DNA of 64,000 bases from Paraspadella gotoi (GCA_051294375.1 CM119263.1:12441723-12505722), one strand, 5' to 3'; shown: positions 26,565 through 40,665, counted from the stretch's first letter. The notes: a model not told the origin generated them from the sequence alone. Translations and numbers: made by a program.

Positions 26565-27698
26565 TCACTTGCGGAGCTTAAAGTCCCTTGCTAATACGAA
26601 TATTTCCGAAGAATCGGTTCGACTGGATTCGGGTTTTACGATATTGACTCTTGAAAAGTTTGTTGTTAATCCTAAAAATAATTGTCAAAACAGCAAGATA
26701 TCCGTTAGGTTAAAAAAAAAATCTAGCTCACCACGAACCACAGCGTCGGTGTGGTAGCCGTCCCACAACTTGAAGAGAAGTATTCCCCCCGGCTTGAGAA
26801 AGTGACGCGCGAGGGAAAAAGCGGATTTTGCCAGGTGACCAATGACAACTTGATCGTGTTCAGCAACGCCGGTGCTGTTGGGAGCCATGTCGCTTAAGAC
26901 GACGTCGATGCATCGCGGATTGAGCTGATGTTCTTTGCGGAGAAACTGTCGGGTGTATTCCCCGAGAACCTCCGTTATCTTCGCTCGAGTGTCGTCCGCA
27001 TTTATGTCAGTATGGGACAGGAAAAGGGCCCCTTTGAGGGGAGCTATGGCGTTAAGGTCGAAGCCAATGACGATTCCCGATTCGGGCGACTCGGCAAAGC
27101 TCAAAATCTCCGACTCTTCAAAGCCGACGGGGCGTTTGTGGAAGTTAAGTAGCTGCCTGCAAAATGACAGTGGTTATTAATGAAGTACAAGCAAACTATA
27201 AAATTACACAAACGAACAAACTTATGATAGTCCGCCATAAATGCCAAACAGACAGGACCAACTATCTCCTATTCAGTCTCCTCTAGTTAGGTCCTAAGTA
27301 CTGACCGAACGGATTGAGGTTTTTCCCCAATGTGTCTTCCCCTTGTTCTCTGAACCGCGACTTGAGACCAAGATCCAGGAGCTGCACCGCAATCGAGAAT
27401 GATCTGTCCTCGGGAAAAGATAGCGTGCTTATCGTCAATCTCAAGCAGCTTGAAGGCACTTCGGGCGCGGTAGTTTAGCTTTGCAGAGGCCTGACGACGA
27501 ATGAGGACAACAGTTTCTACGAGGAAAACGTCATGTTTACGGACTGATCTCCAAACGAACCTTGACGTATGGGTCACGTTTCTGCCGCTCCAGCCATAAA
27601 CTGCTACTTTGTGATTTTTTCCGTAAAGAGGAAATCCATAGGAATCTCGTTATTTTAAGATCGAAAGAAAGGATATTAAACTTCGTGGTTAAAACCAT
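26565..27698 (-). CDS. MRM2: Mitochondrial rRNA 2'-O-methyltransferase (FtsJ/RrmJ family)
   Basis: [16 protein letters not shown]|[34 protein letters not shown]; [13 protein letters not shown]; [15 protein letters not shown]; last exon [20 protein letters not shown]; TGA at 26565-26567. Confidence 0.92.
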
Positions 27699-27979
27699 CT
27701 GTCGAAATTGTTCGTGATTAAAAACATCTCTCAGGTAAATAAAGATTTTTTTTGCCGTAAATTGAAATAAAAAAAAACTAATTGTAAATTGTAGAATGGC
27801 ATAAAAACGTAGAAATAACAAATCTTGAACACAAATTCGTCCTTAACATTAACATGAAAGAAAATAACGGTAATAGGCTTACTCAATTGGTAATGAAATG
27901 ATCAAGAGCAGCTTTATCAAATTCCGGTTAGCTGAAATAAAGATTAAATGAACCCAAAATCAGCATTTAGCATTCGGTA

Positions 27980-30900
27980 TCAAATTCCCATTTTCTCGGC
28001 CAGTTCTTCTATTTGCTTCAGGACGACGTTTCCGTAGGCGACTGGCTCGAACTTCTTCGCTTCGTAAACTGTGGTCTTCAAGCGAGCCTCGTCGTTGTAC
28101 GTCTCCTAATTAAATTTAGCGTTTAGAAATACGTCGAATTGCTTCACATTTCAAAATAAGATTATAAGTGTATTTTTATAAAACGGACCTCCTTAGCTCT
28201 CATTCGAAAAGTGAATGGTTTAAAATTGACGTCAGCAATGACGTTGTCGTACTCGGTGGGATTGTCTTCTTTAAGTTTTCCGAGCTGATCGGCCGAGACG
28301 TTTAGCAAAACCTCTCCGCTTTCTTGAAACAAAGTCGCCCAACAATTGTCAGAAAAATCGGCTAAATTGACCTTAAATAATTGATAAACGCATAAAATAA
28401 TAAATCGTTCTTTATATTTTTTTCGCGTAATAGGCCAAACCTGCAACATCATGCGCCACTTGAAATTGTCAATTTCTTTTTGGCATTTCTCGCACCTGAA
28501 AACAAAAGAGGAAAATGGCTTTAAATTACAGGGACTTCAATCTGACCGATACGAAAAGACTTGATTAAATTCGTAATTCTTTCACTGTATATTGTTTTTA
28601 TAACATTTATTAGTTAGAAAACTATTTGACATTTATGTTGGCCTAAAAAAGGTAACATTTCTAATAGTATAATCACATTGGCTCTCAAGCTCTCAAGCGC
28701 GTAATCACTTTTCTTCATCAAAATTTTAATAGTTTTATCAATTTAACAATTTTTAATACCGATTATGAATTTAATATGTAAAAATAAAAAAAAATAGTAA
28801 TAAAAAGTCAGTTTGGTAATTTGTTATTACAAAAAAATTTCGTATAAAACCTAACTTATTTAATATTATTTATCAACAAAGTTGTCTTTCGTAATTTTTT
28901 TCCCCACGCTGAAATTTTTATTTTTAATAGATTTTAAAGGGAAATTGTGATGATTATTATCAAGTATTATTCATATTATAATTTTTTTTAAATATTCTGG
29001 TTCGTAATACATTTACTACAATATCTTATTAATCATAAAAATTAAGCACGAAAATTTTTTTTATTGTTTTAATAGAAACTGAAGAATTGATAGAAAGATC
29101 CACTTTTAAAATAACAAGTTTGAGCAAACAATGTCGGATCTGCCTACGAAAATGAATTAATTAATGAATTAATTTTAATATTTAATAATTAATTATAAAT
29201 TTATATACAGCTTAACATCATCATCAGGACAGTTATTAAATATGTTTTGTTTACATTTTATCAAAACAAACAAATATCCTCAATTTTATTTTATGTCTCC
29301 TTTTCTTTCTTTTTCTCTCTCTTAAATTTTGAGATAAGAAGGAGATTTAATTTATTTATGTAACATGAAAGAAATTAAGAAAAAAGAATAATAATATAGA
29401 ATACGAGTAAAATTAACGGTTATTTTGCGAGTTTGTAATTGTTAAGTTTGCAGAGGTGCTTAAGGTCTTGGATAATATGACCATTTTATTGTGAAGGTAA
29501 GCTTTTTGCTTTTACTTTTAGCTCGCTGCATAAGTGCCGAGGAGTTTTGATGGCGATATGAACCTTCTCTTAAACACACTAGTCAATCATTCCAGACAAT
29601 AAGTACAATGTGATAAACTCGAATCAGTCTGACGAGAGTGAGTAAAGACTATAATGACTATATGTTGAAAGTAAAATAGTAAGAGTAAAATAAAATATAA
29701 TAAAAGTAATATATAGGTAAATTGAAAAAAAATATTATCTGATGTGATATTTAGTAATAGTTTAGTGGAAAAAAAATGCCAAGCAAAAATCTCGGATGTA
29801 AATTTGGGTGAAAATGGCGATAATAAAGTTTTTAGATTGGGAAAAATATTATTCAGAGAGAGAAAGAGAAAGAAATAAATCAATAAGTGCTAGGCAGCAG
29901 AAGCAGCAGTAGAAAAGTAGACAGAAAGAATAAGGCCTGCTTAGGTGGTAGTCAGTTTGCTGTGTGCATGATCTGCAATTAAGGTGCAGCAGCAGAATGT
30001 CTAGGCATGTGTTATATAGATTAAGAGTTTAGAGAAAGGAGAATAGAGGTCTCTGCTGCCTCGAGATGCACTATGTCTGTCAGACTCGTTTTTTCCCTAT
30101 GATATCAAGTGCTTAGGGAAAAGAGAGAGGGAGAGAGACATGTATTAAAGAGAGAGAAAAGAGAGAGAGAGAAATATAAAAATAAAAGAGAGAAAATTGT
30201 TTGTTTGATAAAACGTAATCAAAACATATTTAATAACTGCCCCAGACTCAATTTTAAGCACATCGATGATGAGAAGTGTATATAAATTTTCAGCTTCATA
30301 CACCCAAATTTAATCATAAAAAGGCGATCTATAATTTGGAAAGATCTATAATTTGGAAAGGACAACGACGACGCCACTTATGCGCAAAAGCGTTACAATA
30401 TCGTCCGCAAACGCTAAGCGATTGCGTCGATTAATAAAGTTTGAAGATATTTCTGAACAAACATCGCTTTGTCTTTTCTTAATTTTATTTTTCTATACTT
30501 AATTTTATTGTGTTAAATTACCTGGAACCACCCGAGATTGTCGGCGATAAGATGACGATTTTCGGCAACCGTCACAAAAGCACGATAACACGCCTCTTCC
30601 GTATGAGTTTCTTATTAATGAATTTCTCACCCGAGAGCCACCACTTTTGCAGGTGAACCCGAGAAAAAGTTTTTTCCTTGATTTTCGTCTAGGGATATCG
30701 GGGTAGAGTTTGTAGAGGGTGGAGAACGATTGAAAGGATCGAGACGATTTCAAGAAAGACGAAGCAGTCGATCGATGAAATCAATTGCTACGCGCGAAGC
30801 GTTTTGCCGCGATCTTATATGAGAAGTTCACGAAATGACGAGAACCCCACCCACGCAAAACGCGAATCAAACCGGACAGACATTTTGTTGTTAGCCCGAA

Positions 30901-33900
30901 TCACTTGCGGAGCTTAAAGTTCCCTTGCTAATACGAATATTTCCGAAGAATTCGGTTCGACTGGATTTCGGGTTTTACGATATTGACTCTTGAAAAGTTT
31001 GTTTGTTAATTCCTAAAAAATATTGTCAAAACAGCAAGATATCTCGTTAGGTTAAAAAAAAAATCTAGCTCACGCACGAACCACAGCGTCGGTGTGGTAG
31101 GCCGTCCACAACTTGAAGAGAAGTATTCCGCCCGGCTTGAGAAAGTGACGCGCGAGGGAAAAAGCGGATTTTGTTGCCAAGGTGACAAGATTGAACTGTT
31201 GTAATCGTGGTTTTCTCTAGTGTCAATCGCCGGGTGGCTGTTGGAGCTCATCTTAAAAGCATAAGGATCGTCGCAATTGCATAAGAAAAATCTGGATTGA
31301 CGACAAATTTTGATACTAAAAAAAATCAATTTAAAAAAAAAAAATTTATAAACAAAAAAGAAAAAGAAAAACCAAGTGGATCAATAATAATAATAATATT
31401 AAAAATTTTACCCGATAAAGCAATTAGGCATTCTGAAAAAAAAGTCAAACAAAAACAAGCAACTATTTAATATATATAGTACCTGCGAATACTTCTTTGT
31501 TCCTCCCGCTCCGGGAGCCTCCGTAGCATTGCAGCGCGTAACGCGTAGAATAGTGTTTGGCCGGATTTCATCGTTGTCAACGACTTGATTGTAAGTACTG
31601 TTCAGCATCGCGCTGGAAAGGTTGATAAAAAATATTGACGCTATGAAAAAAGCCCTCAATGTTTTTCTGTTAAGAAACAGAATACATACAGAATGCTTCT
31701 ACTTATATTATATTATAAACTTATGCTCGCCCGTTTTATCGATCAGAAAATCGTTTTCGACCAAATTACTGATCCAAATGCAATGAAATTTCGTATAACG
31801 TATCGTATTGGCTATAGAAATTGGAATATCGAGGAGATTTTTAAAATTCCACCAAAAGCCGAGATATGGGCTCCGAAGTTGTCAGCATGGCGGAAAGTGG
31901 CATAATTTAAAAAAAAAGGGGAAAAAATCCAGTTGGAACAGTTGCAGGAATGTTTGCTTGCTCATAAAAAAATATTTTAGCTTTATTTGCATGTCATGTC
32001 AGCTTTCATGTGGCGAGCAAAAATTCGAGGTAAAATGATGGATCATGCATGTTTCAAGAAAAAAATTCCTACAGTTAATAAAAATTGGTTTTTTAAAGAG
32101 CTTTCTTTTTTTTTACAAACGTTTGAACGTAAATGATCAAGAAAAAAAATTTTCGTTAATTTTATGCCCCTATGGCCCTGTATCTCGGCTCAGGGGTAAA
32201 CAAAAAAAGAGTCGATAATCCCATTTGGTTTAATAGTTGGACGAGAAGTCATTCTCGATCAACAAACTCGGGAGAACATTTTCTAATATTAACTTATGTA
32301 TTTGACTTAGCCACAATATTATATAATATATATATCCTACTTAGAAGAAGAGTGAACGCCGTCATGCATAAGAACTCTGTATCTGCCATTGACGTTCTTG
32401 CAGGCTGTAACTTGGATGACGAATTCACGACCGTCATAGTTGCCAGTACACAACTCCGCGACAATGCCTGGAGTCAATCGCGGTTCCATCAGTCTTACAA
32501 AAGAAAATTTAAAGCAAACGAACTGAGCAAAAATAGAAAACATAACAATACAAATAATCAAAAACTTTATAATTATATGTCGACTTTTTCTATGAGCGAG
32601 GGAGAATCTTCAATGATTTTACTGCTTTCTTGCGTATCGTCAAGGGGTTCCGGGTCTTGCCAATTCGTTGCTCACCAGCTACATCTACAGCTACAGTCTC
32701 GTCTATCTCGATGGGAATGTGAGCGATCAGATCATTCCGAATCGATTCTGGGGTCTTCGACATTATCTCTCGCTTTTTCCTCTTTTCTAGTCTCACTCTC
32801 TTGTCAAACTCTTTTCGTTTGACTAAATCACTAAGAAGGGTCTCGTCGTCTTCTGGCAATTCCGTTTTCCTAGTTCGTTTTTTCGTCTTCACTCCTCTTT
32901 CGATCCTCTCTGATCTACGCTCAAAGGTCCCTCCGAGTCGTTTGGCGCTTGATACCCGACGATGCAGTCATCAATTACGTCGCGAGATAGAAGAACGAAG
33001 AAGGCGGGAAGAACATCATTTCTTAGTTGGTTAACAGGCTCGGTAGTGGCCTGGTTAACTTGATAAAGGTCCCGAACCAGCTTCTTCGTCAACTCGGCAC
33101 AGGCGATCACTTTAGATACAGCGTCGCCACGTCCTTTCCAAAGGATTTGGTGAACCGATGAATCGGCCAGGCGATTCACCGCATACTAAAAATAATTTTT
33201 GTATAAAATTATATGAAATCCTTGGACAAGAAAGAAAAATTTTCCACCTAATAATTCGACAACCGAATATTACGTGAATTCGAGTTCTTGCCTTGACTAG
33301 GGATTTGACATTACTCTTTTCCTTGACGTTCATAACGAGGGCGTTGGGGCTGAGACATTCTACGGGAGTTAACATCTCCGTCATGGCATTTCACTGGTTA
33401 AACGGATTGAAAATAAAAAACTAGAGAAGCTACTTGATTAAATAAAACGGGTCTAATAATTCGTTCTATATCTCCATAACCTAAACAACAATAGGATTTA
33501 CATTCGTAACTTAGCTAGAAACTGCTAAAATTGAATTTTTAATTAATGTTTACAATTTTTACATATTTGTAGAGCAGAGGAGCACGTTTTTCATCGACCC
33601 CATAATGGATGAGCAATCTCAATAAAACTTATCGGGGAAGAAAAGCGGTAAAATTTCATAAAACAAGATCCATCCATCCATTGTGTTGCGCCGCAGTGAC
33701 TTTATTTCATGTGTATTTCTCGTAACATGACATGAGGCGATATGACTACAACTTCCTTAGCCTGTATATTTATGACACGCACTGCCTAGAAATTCCGTCT
33801 TTTATTCTTTAAAGTTTTAGGATTTCCTAAAGGGGGCGCTAGCAGTCCCTTAGATTTGAAGTTTTTTTCTGTCTTAACAAATGAACATCAATAAACAAAT

Positions 33901-36863
33901 TATGTGCATTTTTAACGTTAGTGGGACAGACCGACGAACAGACATACCGACCGACAAGTAATTTATAGAGTTGCTCCGCTAGTACTCGCGGCGCAACTAA
34001 AAAAATTTAAGATGAAACTACAAGATTTTGGAATATAACCAATTCTGTAAGAAAAGTTAGTTCTTCAATTCACGTCTAAATTGACTTCGTGTATTATTTC
34101 GATGGTTAGCAGATTAGCAAATTTGAGGAGATAGTATTGGAGGAATGTGTTGTCTAGTTAAGTAACAAAAATGCGTCGTTACTTAACGCCGAATTCTGAA
34201 AACAGCACAATACATACATTTACCATTTGTAAAAAGAATGGAAGCTAATGATTTTAACAAATGATGTATCTGAAAAAAACAAGTGATCCATTTTTCAATT
34301 ATTTCGTCAGATCTGGTCTTACGCCAACGGCTTTTGGAATAAAAACCTTGGCGTACTATTATTCAGCAACTTATCTAAAATGACTAGATATCTCCGAATG
34401 CATAAAATTAATCTGGTTTACAATCCTAAAATGATATGACCGCGTTATTGATTTTAAAAGTTTCTTTTCGTACATTATTCACTTGACCTAATTAAAATCG
34501 AAATCTTCCAAGGGATTTCAAAATTTCTAGAAAGGATCGCCGAGATATGACACTCAAAAAAAATTAACGAGTGTTCCCACAACACTAAAATTCCAGCGTG
34601 CTCATTTCGATTTTTTGTTTTTGATCTGCTGTTGGTCGGCTTCCGGCAAATCATCATATTCCTTCTTTTTGAGGTTCTTGAGCGAGACGTTGGCCGAACG
34701 CAGACCTGTTTTCTTCTTGCTCGAAAATTCTACGCTGTACTCTCGACGACGCCGGAGATGAAAAGTGATAAAGGTCCACATCAGCTTCGCCTAAAAATTA
34801 GAAAAAGTAGTAAACCAGTTAGAATCTTGTGGAGTTCTTCACAATAAAAAATAAAACCCAAAAATACCTGCATCAGACAAATAGCCGTTAGGCAGTTGAT
34901 CCTAATAATTTGAATGTTGTAATTTCCTTCGGCCGTGTTAAGCGTTCCGGCGCTCGGGGACAGCGGGAGCCCATACCAAAAAGTGAGGATAGCCAGAGTG
35001 AAAGACAGAAACCGCGCAATGACGAAGAGGGTGTTGTACCCATAAAAGACGAACTTGGCGACCGTGGGCTGCTCAGCAAAATACAGGAGTCGCCCGACGT
35101 GGCGAAACGCCTCAACCAAATATTGGGAGAGCAACAGGCAGAGCGTGATCCGAGAGAAGTTAAGAGCGTAACCCACTACGGTAAAGATCAGGTAGAAAGC
35201 GGCGTATTGCACTCGGGAAGACAATTCGTCCTTCTTCACTTTCTGGAAGTAAAGTTCTGGGAAACAGTGCAGCCAGTAGGCGAATTTGAATGATGAAGAA
35301 GAACTTGGATACGAAAGGCATGGAGACGTGCTCGGTAGGGTAGCCAACCCAAAGATTAGACAGGTCCCAAACGAGATGCTCCGACAACATGATGTCTACA
35401 CCCCAAACGATAGAAACCAAGTAAAAGACAATCAACTGTCCGGATTCGTTAAATTTGGAATGCTTCAGTTTGGAAAGGTGCATCCGGCGGTTGATTTTAT
35501 CTGCAGCAAAGGAGGAAAAGTTAGTAACTGTGCAAAAAAAAAGGGCGCCACTTTATAACTTTAAATTCCAAACACTAAAAAAATATTTTTTTAAATTATA
35601 GAAAAAATAAATTTTAAAAAAAATTTATGTATATATTATATACATAAATTTTTTTTAAATTTATTTTTTCTATAATTTAAAAAAATATTTTTTTTAGTGT
35701 TTGGAATTTAAAGTTATATAAACTATTACTATCCTTCCGGTATATATATATATATTATATATATTTTTATATTGGTTGTACCAATTTCATAAAAGTCAGC
35801 TCCTTGTATTTTGATGCTAGTGCGGAGTACAATAAGTATTCCCCGATCTAATACTTAAGGGAGTGGTTCTTTTCATACAATTGAAACATTCTTTGAAATA
35901 TTTTCACTTCATTGATAGGAAGCCAGGTACTCTGGGAGTGAATAAATGGGACTGTGAGAGAGTCTTGGTTGAAAAGCTTGCAGGGACCTGCTATGTAATT
36001 ATCTTGTAAAGTGATGGAGGCCTTAAACCACCAAAAGCCTGTCCAAAGTCAGGGGCAAGATAGCTTATTTATTAAATGAATGGATAATTTTTATTTTGGT
36101 TGTACCAATTTCATATATATATATTTTATTTTTAATCTATTACGCCACTTATGCGCAAAAGTGTTACAATATCGTCGCAAACACTTAGCGATTGCGACGA
36201 GAAAAACTTCTTCAGAAATTTACCCTCTGAGGAAAATGTTTATAACTTAGCAACTATCCTAGCTAGAATGTTACGAATTGATGGGAAAAAAGTCAAATAT
36301 ATTTTTATTAGTACAAAAAAATTTTACAAACCGAATGCTCTTCGTTTCGATTATATTACAAGTTTTTTCGTATCACTCCAGGTTGAAGTCCCTATATAAA
36401 CTAGAGAAAACCTCCCTAAGACTAAGTATTGAAAATCTTGACACACAAATTGTGTGTCACAATACCTCCACTTCCCACTTCCGAGGTCGTTGACCTTCTT
36501 GTTACATTTTTCCTGGTTGCACGCTGGGTAGAGCGCGTTGTCTTTTTTCGTGAACACAACGCTTGCTTTAACAGAGTAGTAATCAGGTTTCTCTCCACGG
36601 CCAAGTTTTTCTAGAGTCGTCTGCTTGAAGCACTTCCAGTTAGAACCGATATCGCCGTCTTTGCGTGAGGAGCCCGTCGACAAAGAAGAGAAATCTTGGG
36701 CGTGAACTCCTTCGTTCTCCCACCAACCTCTTAAATTAAAAACGCAAGAATGAACAAGAGTAATACAATTTACTTCATCATACACGTACGTGCATACCTA
36801 CATACATAATACATATTGCACTTTTATTATTAGAGTTAAAACAGGGACAAAATTAGCGATGTT

Positions 36864-36902
<39 letters not shown>

Positions 36903-39767
36903 ATTTTTGCAAACAAATATTTAATAATATAATATATTTGAATTTGGTCGCTAACCCTAATTGAATCAAATATGAAACAACTTTAAAATTAAAATAAAAA
37001 TTAACTTTTAAAATAAAATAATAACTTTAGGTTAACCAACCTAATGATATAAATTTTAAAAAAGAATAACAGTTTTTAAATCAACTTATTAGAAGCTATA
37101 CAAATCTGCCATATAAAATAATATAATATAATAAAATAAAATATTTAAAAATTCAGTTTTTTTAGGATAAAGGGCAGTTTTAAAACCATGCACTTTATAA
37201 ATATTCGGCCTTGAAAACTAGCCCTCACAATTGAAAAACTCACGACGGGTTTGCAAATGGCAGTTTCTTTCTAGCGGCGGGTTTTAAATTGTCACCATGT
37301 ACTTTATGTACGAGAGTATTTAAGAATAAGTTGAATATATTGTTCACACACCAATTTAAAGAAATAATTTTCTGGATCAGCAGAGGTTTCTAAACTACAT
37401 AGAAAATATTACTTAACAACCTGAGTTGGTTAACTTCGTCTATCTCTGGATCATCTAGGAACAACTTGGAACTTTGAAGGGTCGACAAATTCTTGCCTTG
37501 AAAATCACCAATCCTGACGCCGCGCGCAGCCAAAACTACAGAACGGTTAAGCTCCGACGGAAAGTCAATTGCCTAGTTTAAGTAGAAAAAAGAGGCCATA
37601 ACTGAAAATATTATATCCTAAATAATCGAAGGAACGAAAATTTAACAAAATTAAATGACAAACTAGTATTGGTATAATTGTATGAAACAAACTTACCTGC
37701 TGTCCCCAAAGTGTAAGGCTGACCATCTTTTTACTGCGGTCAACGATCTGTAAATCACGCTTCGTCAATTCACGCGAATCTTTTCGTGAGATTAAAGTTG
37801 CGACTTCTCCGCAAAGCTTGACAACACCTAATACATGCATAAATAAGATGTCAGCCCACTATAGGTTCAACAAAATTATAAATCCTAATAAGTTTCCAAT
37901 TACCCACGACATCGATGACCTCTCCAACATCGATGGTCTCTATTTCGGAAATGCTCCGGAAATCGAAACGAATTTTAGGTAAGTCTCGATCGTCTTCGCA
38001 TAACTCGACAATCGACTCCCGCTGAAGGGTCAATTCGTATTGGGCATCCGTTTTGTTGAAGCTAAAACGATTGCCGTTACAGAACGAGTAAAGTAAAGAC
38101 CAGAATCCGAGCTTTCCTTTCAATTCTCACCGAGAGTCCTTGGGTTTGAGCGTTCCTTTTTGAATGTAGTAGACCTTTCCCTCTTTAATAACGTCAAAAA
38201 ATTTAGTGCATTCCTCTTTGAAGGCGGTAACCTTCATTGTACTCGACTCATCTTGTATCTCAAAGGAAAAGAGCGTTCCTTCGCCCCGGGCGTTGCTCCA
38301 AGTTCTCTTGTCGTTCTTTACGACGACCCGAGCTTTGATCATCCATTTGTTCTGATATGGATTCAGCGCTTTGATGGGATGAACGTTAGGACGAGCGTGA
38401 CCATTGTTGTTTTCTTTGGATGGTCTGGGAGGCGGCGGTTTAGCTGCGGTGTTAGTTGTCCGCGGGGCCATATAGTCGGAGCGGGGAGCGACAGGTTCCC
38501 TGGCCGATGGATTAGCCGGTGTTGACGATGCATTATCGGCGGAATCTGCAAATTTTGTCGGATTTCCGATGCGAGATTCACATTGCTTTAAGATCTCCAC
38601 CTCGACGAGTACTGCGGGGCGGGCAGAGGAAAAAAGAAAAAGAAAAACCAAGTGGATCAATAATAATAATAATATTAAAAATTTTACCCGATAAAGCAAT
38701 TAGGCATTCTGAAAAAAAAGTCAAACAAAAACAAGCAACTATTTAATATATATAGTACCTGCGAAATACTTCTTTGTTCCTCCCGCTCCGGGAGCCTCCG
38801 TAGCATTGCAGCGCGTAACGCGTAGAATAGTGTTTGGCCGGATTTCATCGTTGTCAACGACTTGATTGTAAGTACTGTTCAGCATCGCGCTGGAAAGGTT
38901 GATAAAAAATATTGACGCTATGAAAAAAGCCCTCAATGTTTTTCTGTTAAGAAACAGAATACATACAGAATGCTTCTACTTATATTATATTATAAACTTA
39001 TGCTCGCCCGTTTTATCGATCAGAAAATCGTTTTCGACCAAATTACTGATCCAAATGCAATGAAATTTCGTATAACGTATCGTATTGGCTATAGAAATTG
39101 GAATATCGAGGAGATTTTTAAAATTCCACCAAAAGCCGAGATATGGGCTCCGAAGTTGTCAGCATGGCGGAAAGTGGCATAATTTAAAAAAAAGGGGAAA
39201 AAATCCCAGTTGGAACAGTTGCAGGAATGTTTGCTTGCTCATAAAAAATATTTTAGCTTTATTTGCATGTCATGTCAGCTTTCATGTGGCGAGCAAAAAT
39301 TCGAGGTAAAATGATGGATCATGCATGTTTCAAGAAAAAAAATTCCTACAGTTAATAAAAATTGGTTTTTAAAGAGCTTTCTTTTTTTTTTACAAACGTT
39401 TGAACGTAAATGATCAAGAAAAAAAATTTTCGTTAATTTTATGCCCCTATGGCCCTGTATCTCGGCTCAGGGGTAAAACAAAAAAAGAGTCGATAATCCC
39501 ATTTGGTTTAATAGTTGGACGAGAAGTCATTCTCGATCAACAAACTCGGGAGAACATTTTCTAATATTAACTTATGTATTTGACTTAGCCACAATATTAT
39601 ATAATATATATATCCTACTTAGAAGAAGAGTGAACGCCGTCATGCATAAGAACTCTGTATCTGCCATTGACGTTCTTGCAGGCTGTAACTTGGATGACGA
39701 ATTCACGACCGTCATAGTTGCCAGTACACAACTCCGCGACAATGCCTGGAGTCAATCGCGGTTCCAT
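27980..39767 (-). CDS. RPA1: Replication protein A 70 kDa subunit (~10 exons; 8-kb intron at ~28497-36473)
   Basis: MEPRLTPG..RYRVLMHDG; HPIKALNPYQNKWMIKARV..WSNARGEGTLFSFEIQDES; LTKRDLQIVDRS..LTLWG; YPACNQEKCNKKV..WR|CEKC; VNLADFSDNCWATLF; ETYNDEARLK; TGA at 27980. Confidence 0.93.
29370..31250 (+). repeat. Insertion-riddled copy of ~25190-26886 (DNLZ intron and exon 1, MRM2 3' end)
   Basis: Colinear with the source but peppered with 1-2-bp insertions; DNLZ frame broken (ORF 30505-30753). Confidence 0.9.
32573..33384 (-). pseudogene. Frameshifted duplicate of the RPP25/Alba gene within the duplicated block
   Basis: Near-identical to 39851-40665, but the ORF is split (32889-33179, 32590-32892) by single-base indels; may be consensus error. 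Confidence 0.5.
34602..35502 (-). pseudogene. Partial duplicate of TRAM1 3' exons (no 5' exons, 1-bp insertion near 35283)
   Basis: Near-identical to 41883-42782; the reading frame is split into ORFs 35160-35483 and 34781-35347. Confidence 0.5.
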
Positions 39768-39850
39768 CAGTCTTACAAAAGAAAATTTAAAGCAAACGAA
39801 CTGAGCAAAAATAGAAAACATAACAATACAAATAATCAAAAACTTTATAA

Positions 39851-40665
39851 TTATATGTCGACTTTTTCTATGAGCGAGGGAGAATCTTCAATGATTTTAC
39901 TGCTTTCTTGCGTATCGTCAAGGGGTTCCGGGGTCTTGCCAATTCGTTGCTCACCAGCTACATCTACAGCTACAGTCTCGTCTATCTCGATGGGAATGTG
40001 AGCGATCAGATCATTCCGAATCGATTCTGGGGTCTTCGACATTATCTCTCGCTTTTTCCTCTTTTCTAGTCTCACTCTCTTGTCAAACTCTTTTCGTTTG
40101 ACTAAATCACTAAGAAGGGTCTCGTCGTCTTCTGGCAATTCCGTTTTCCTAGTTCGTTTTTTCGTCTTCACTCCTCTTTCGATCCTCTCTGATCTACGCT
40201 CAAAGAGTCCCTCCGAGTCGTTTGGCGCTTGATACCCGACGATGCAGTCATCAATTACGTCGCGAGATAGAAGAACGAAGAAGGCGGGAAGAACATCATT
40301 TCTTAGTTGGTTAACAGGCTCGGTAGTGGCCTGGTTAACTTGATAAAGGTCCCGAACCAGCTTCTTCGTCAACTCGGCACAGGCGATCACTTTAGATACA
40401 GCGTCGCCACGTCCTTTCCAAAGGATTTGGTGAACCGATGAATCGGCCAGGCGATTCACCGCATACTAAAAATAATTTTTTGTATAAAATTATATGAAAT
40501 CCTTGGACAAGAAAGAAAAATTTTCCACCTAATAATTCGACAACCGAATATTACGTGAATTCGAGTTCTTGCCTTGACTAGGGATTTGACATTACTCTTT
40601 TCCTTGACGTTCATAACGAGGGCGTTGGGGCTGAGACATTCTACGGGAGTTAACATCTCCGTCAT
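39851..40665 (-). CDS. RPP25: Alba-domain RNase P/MRP subunit p25-like protein
   Basis: MNVKEKSNVKSLVK|YAVNRL..ILWKGRGDAVSKVIACAELTKK..LYQV..LPAFFVLLSRD..GYQAP (Alba/Rpp25 pattern) with a basic/acidic tail. Confidence 0.8.

Larger units (their letters stand above)
31354..36142 (+). repeat. ~4.8-kb direct duplication of 38630-43424
   Basis: Near-identical; the differences I noticed are mostly 1-bp indels. Contains RPA1 exons 1-2, RPP25 and TRAM1 3' exons. Confidence 0.95.

Noticed and set aside
26565-26567. TGA as selenocysteine or a reassigned codon
   Set aside because: TGA terminates many other genes here at conserved C-termini, no SECIS was recognised, and the MRM2 domain is complete before it.
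32172-32822. 216-aa plus-strand ORF
   Set aside because: Antisense to RPA1/RPP25 copies and not intact in the source copy.
29370-36142. Functional paralogues of DNLZ, RPP25, TRAM1 and RPA1
   Set aside because: Copies are truncated or frameshifted and may be assembly artefacts.
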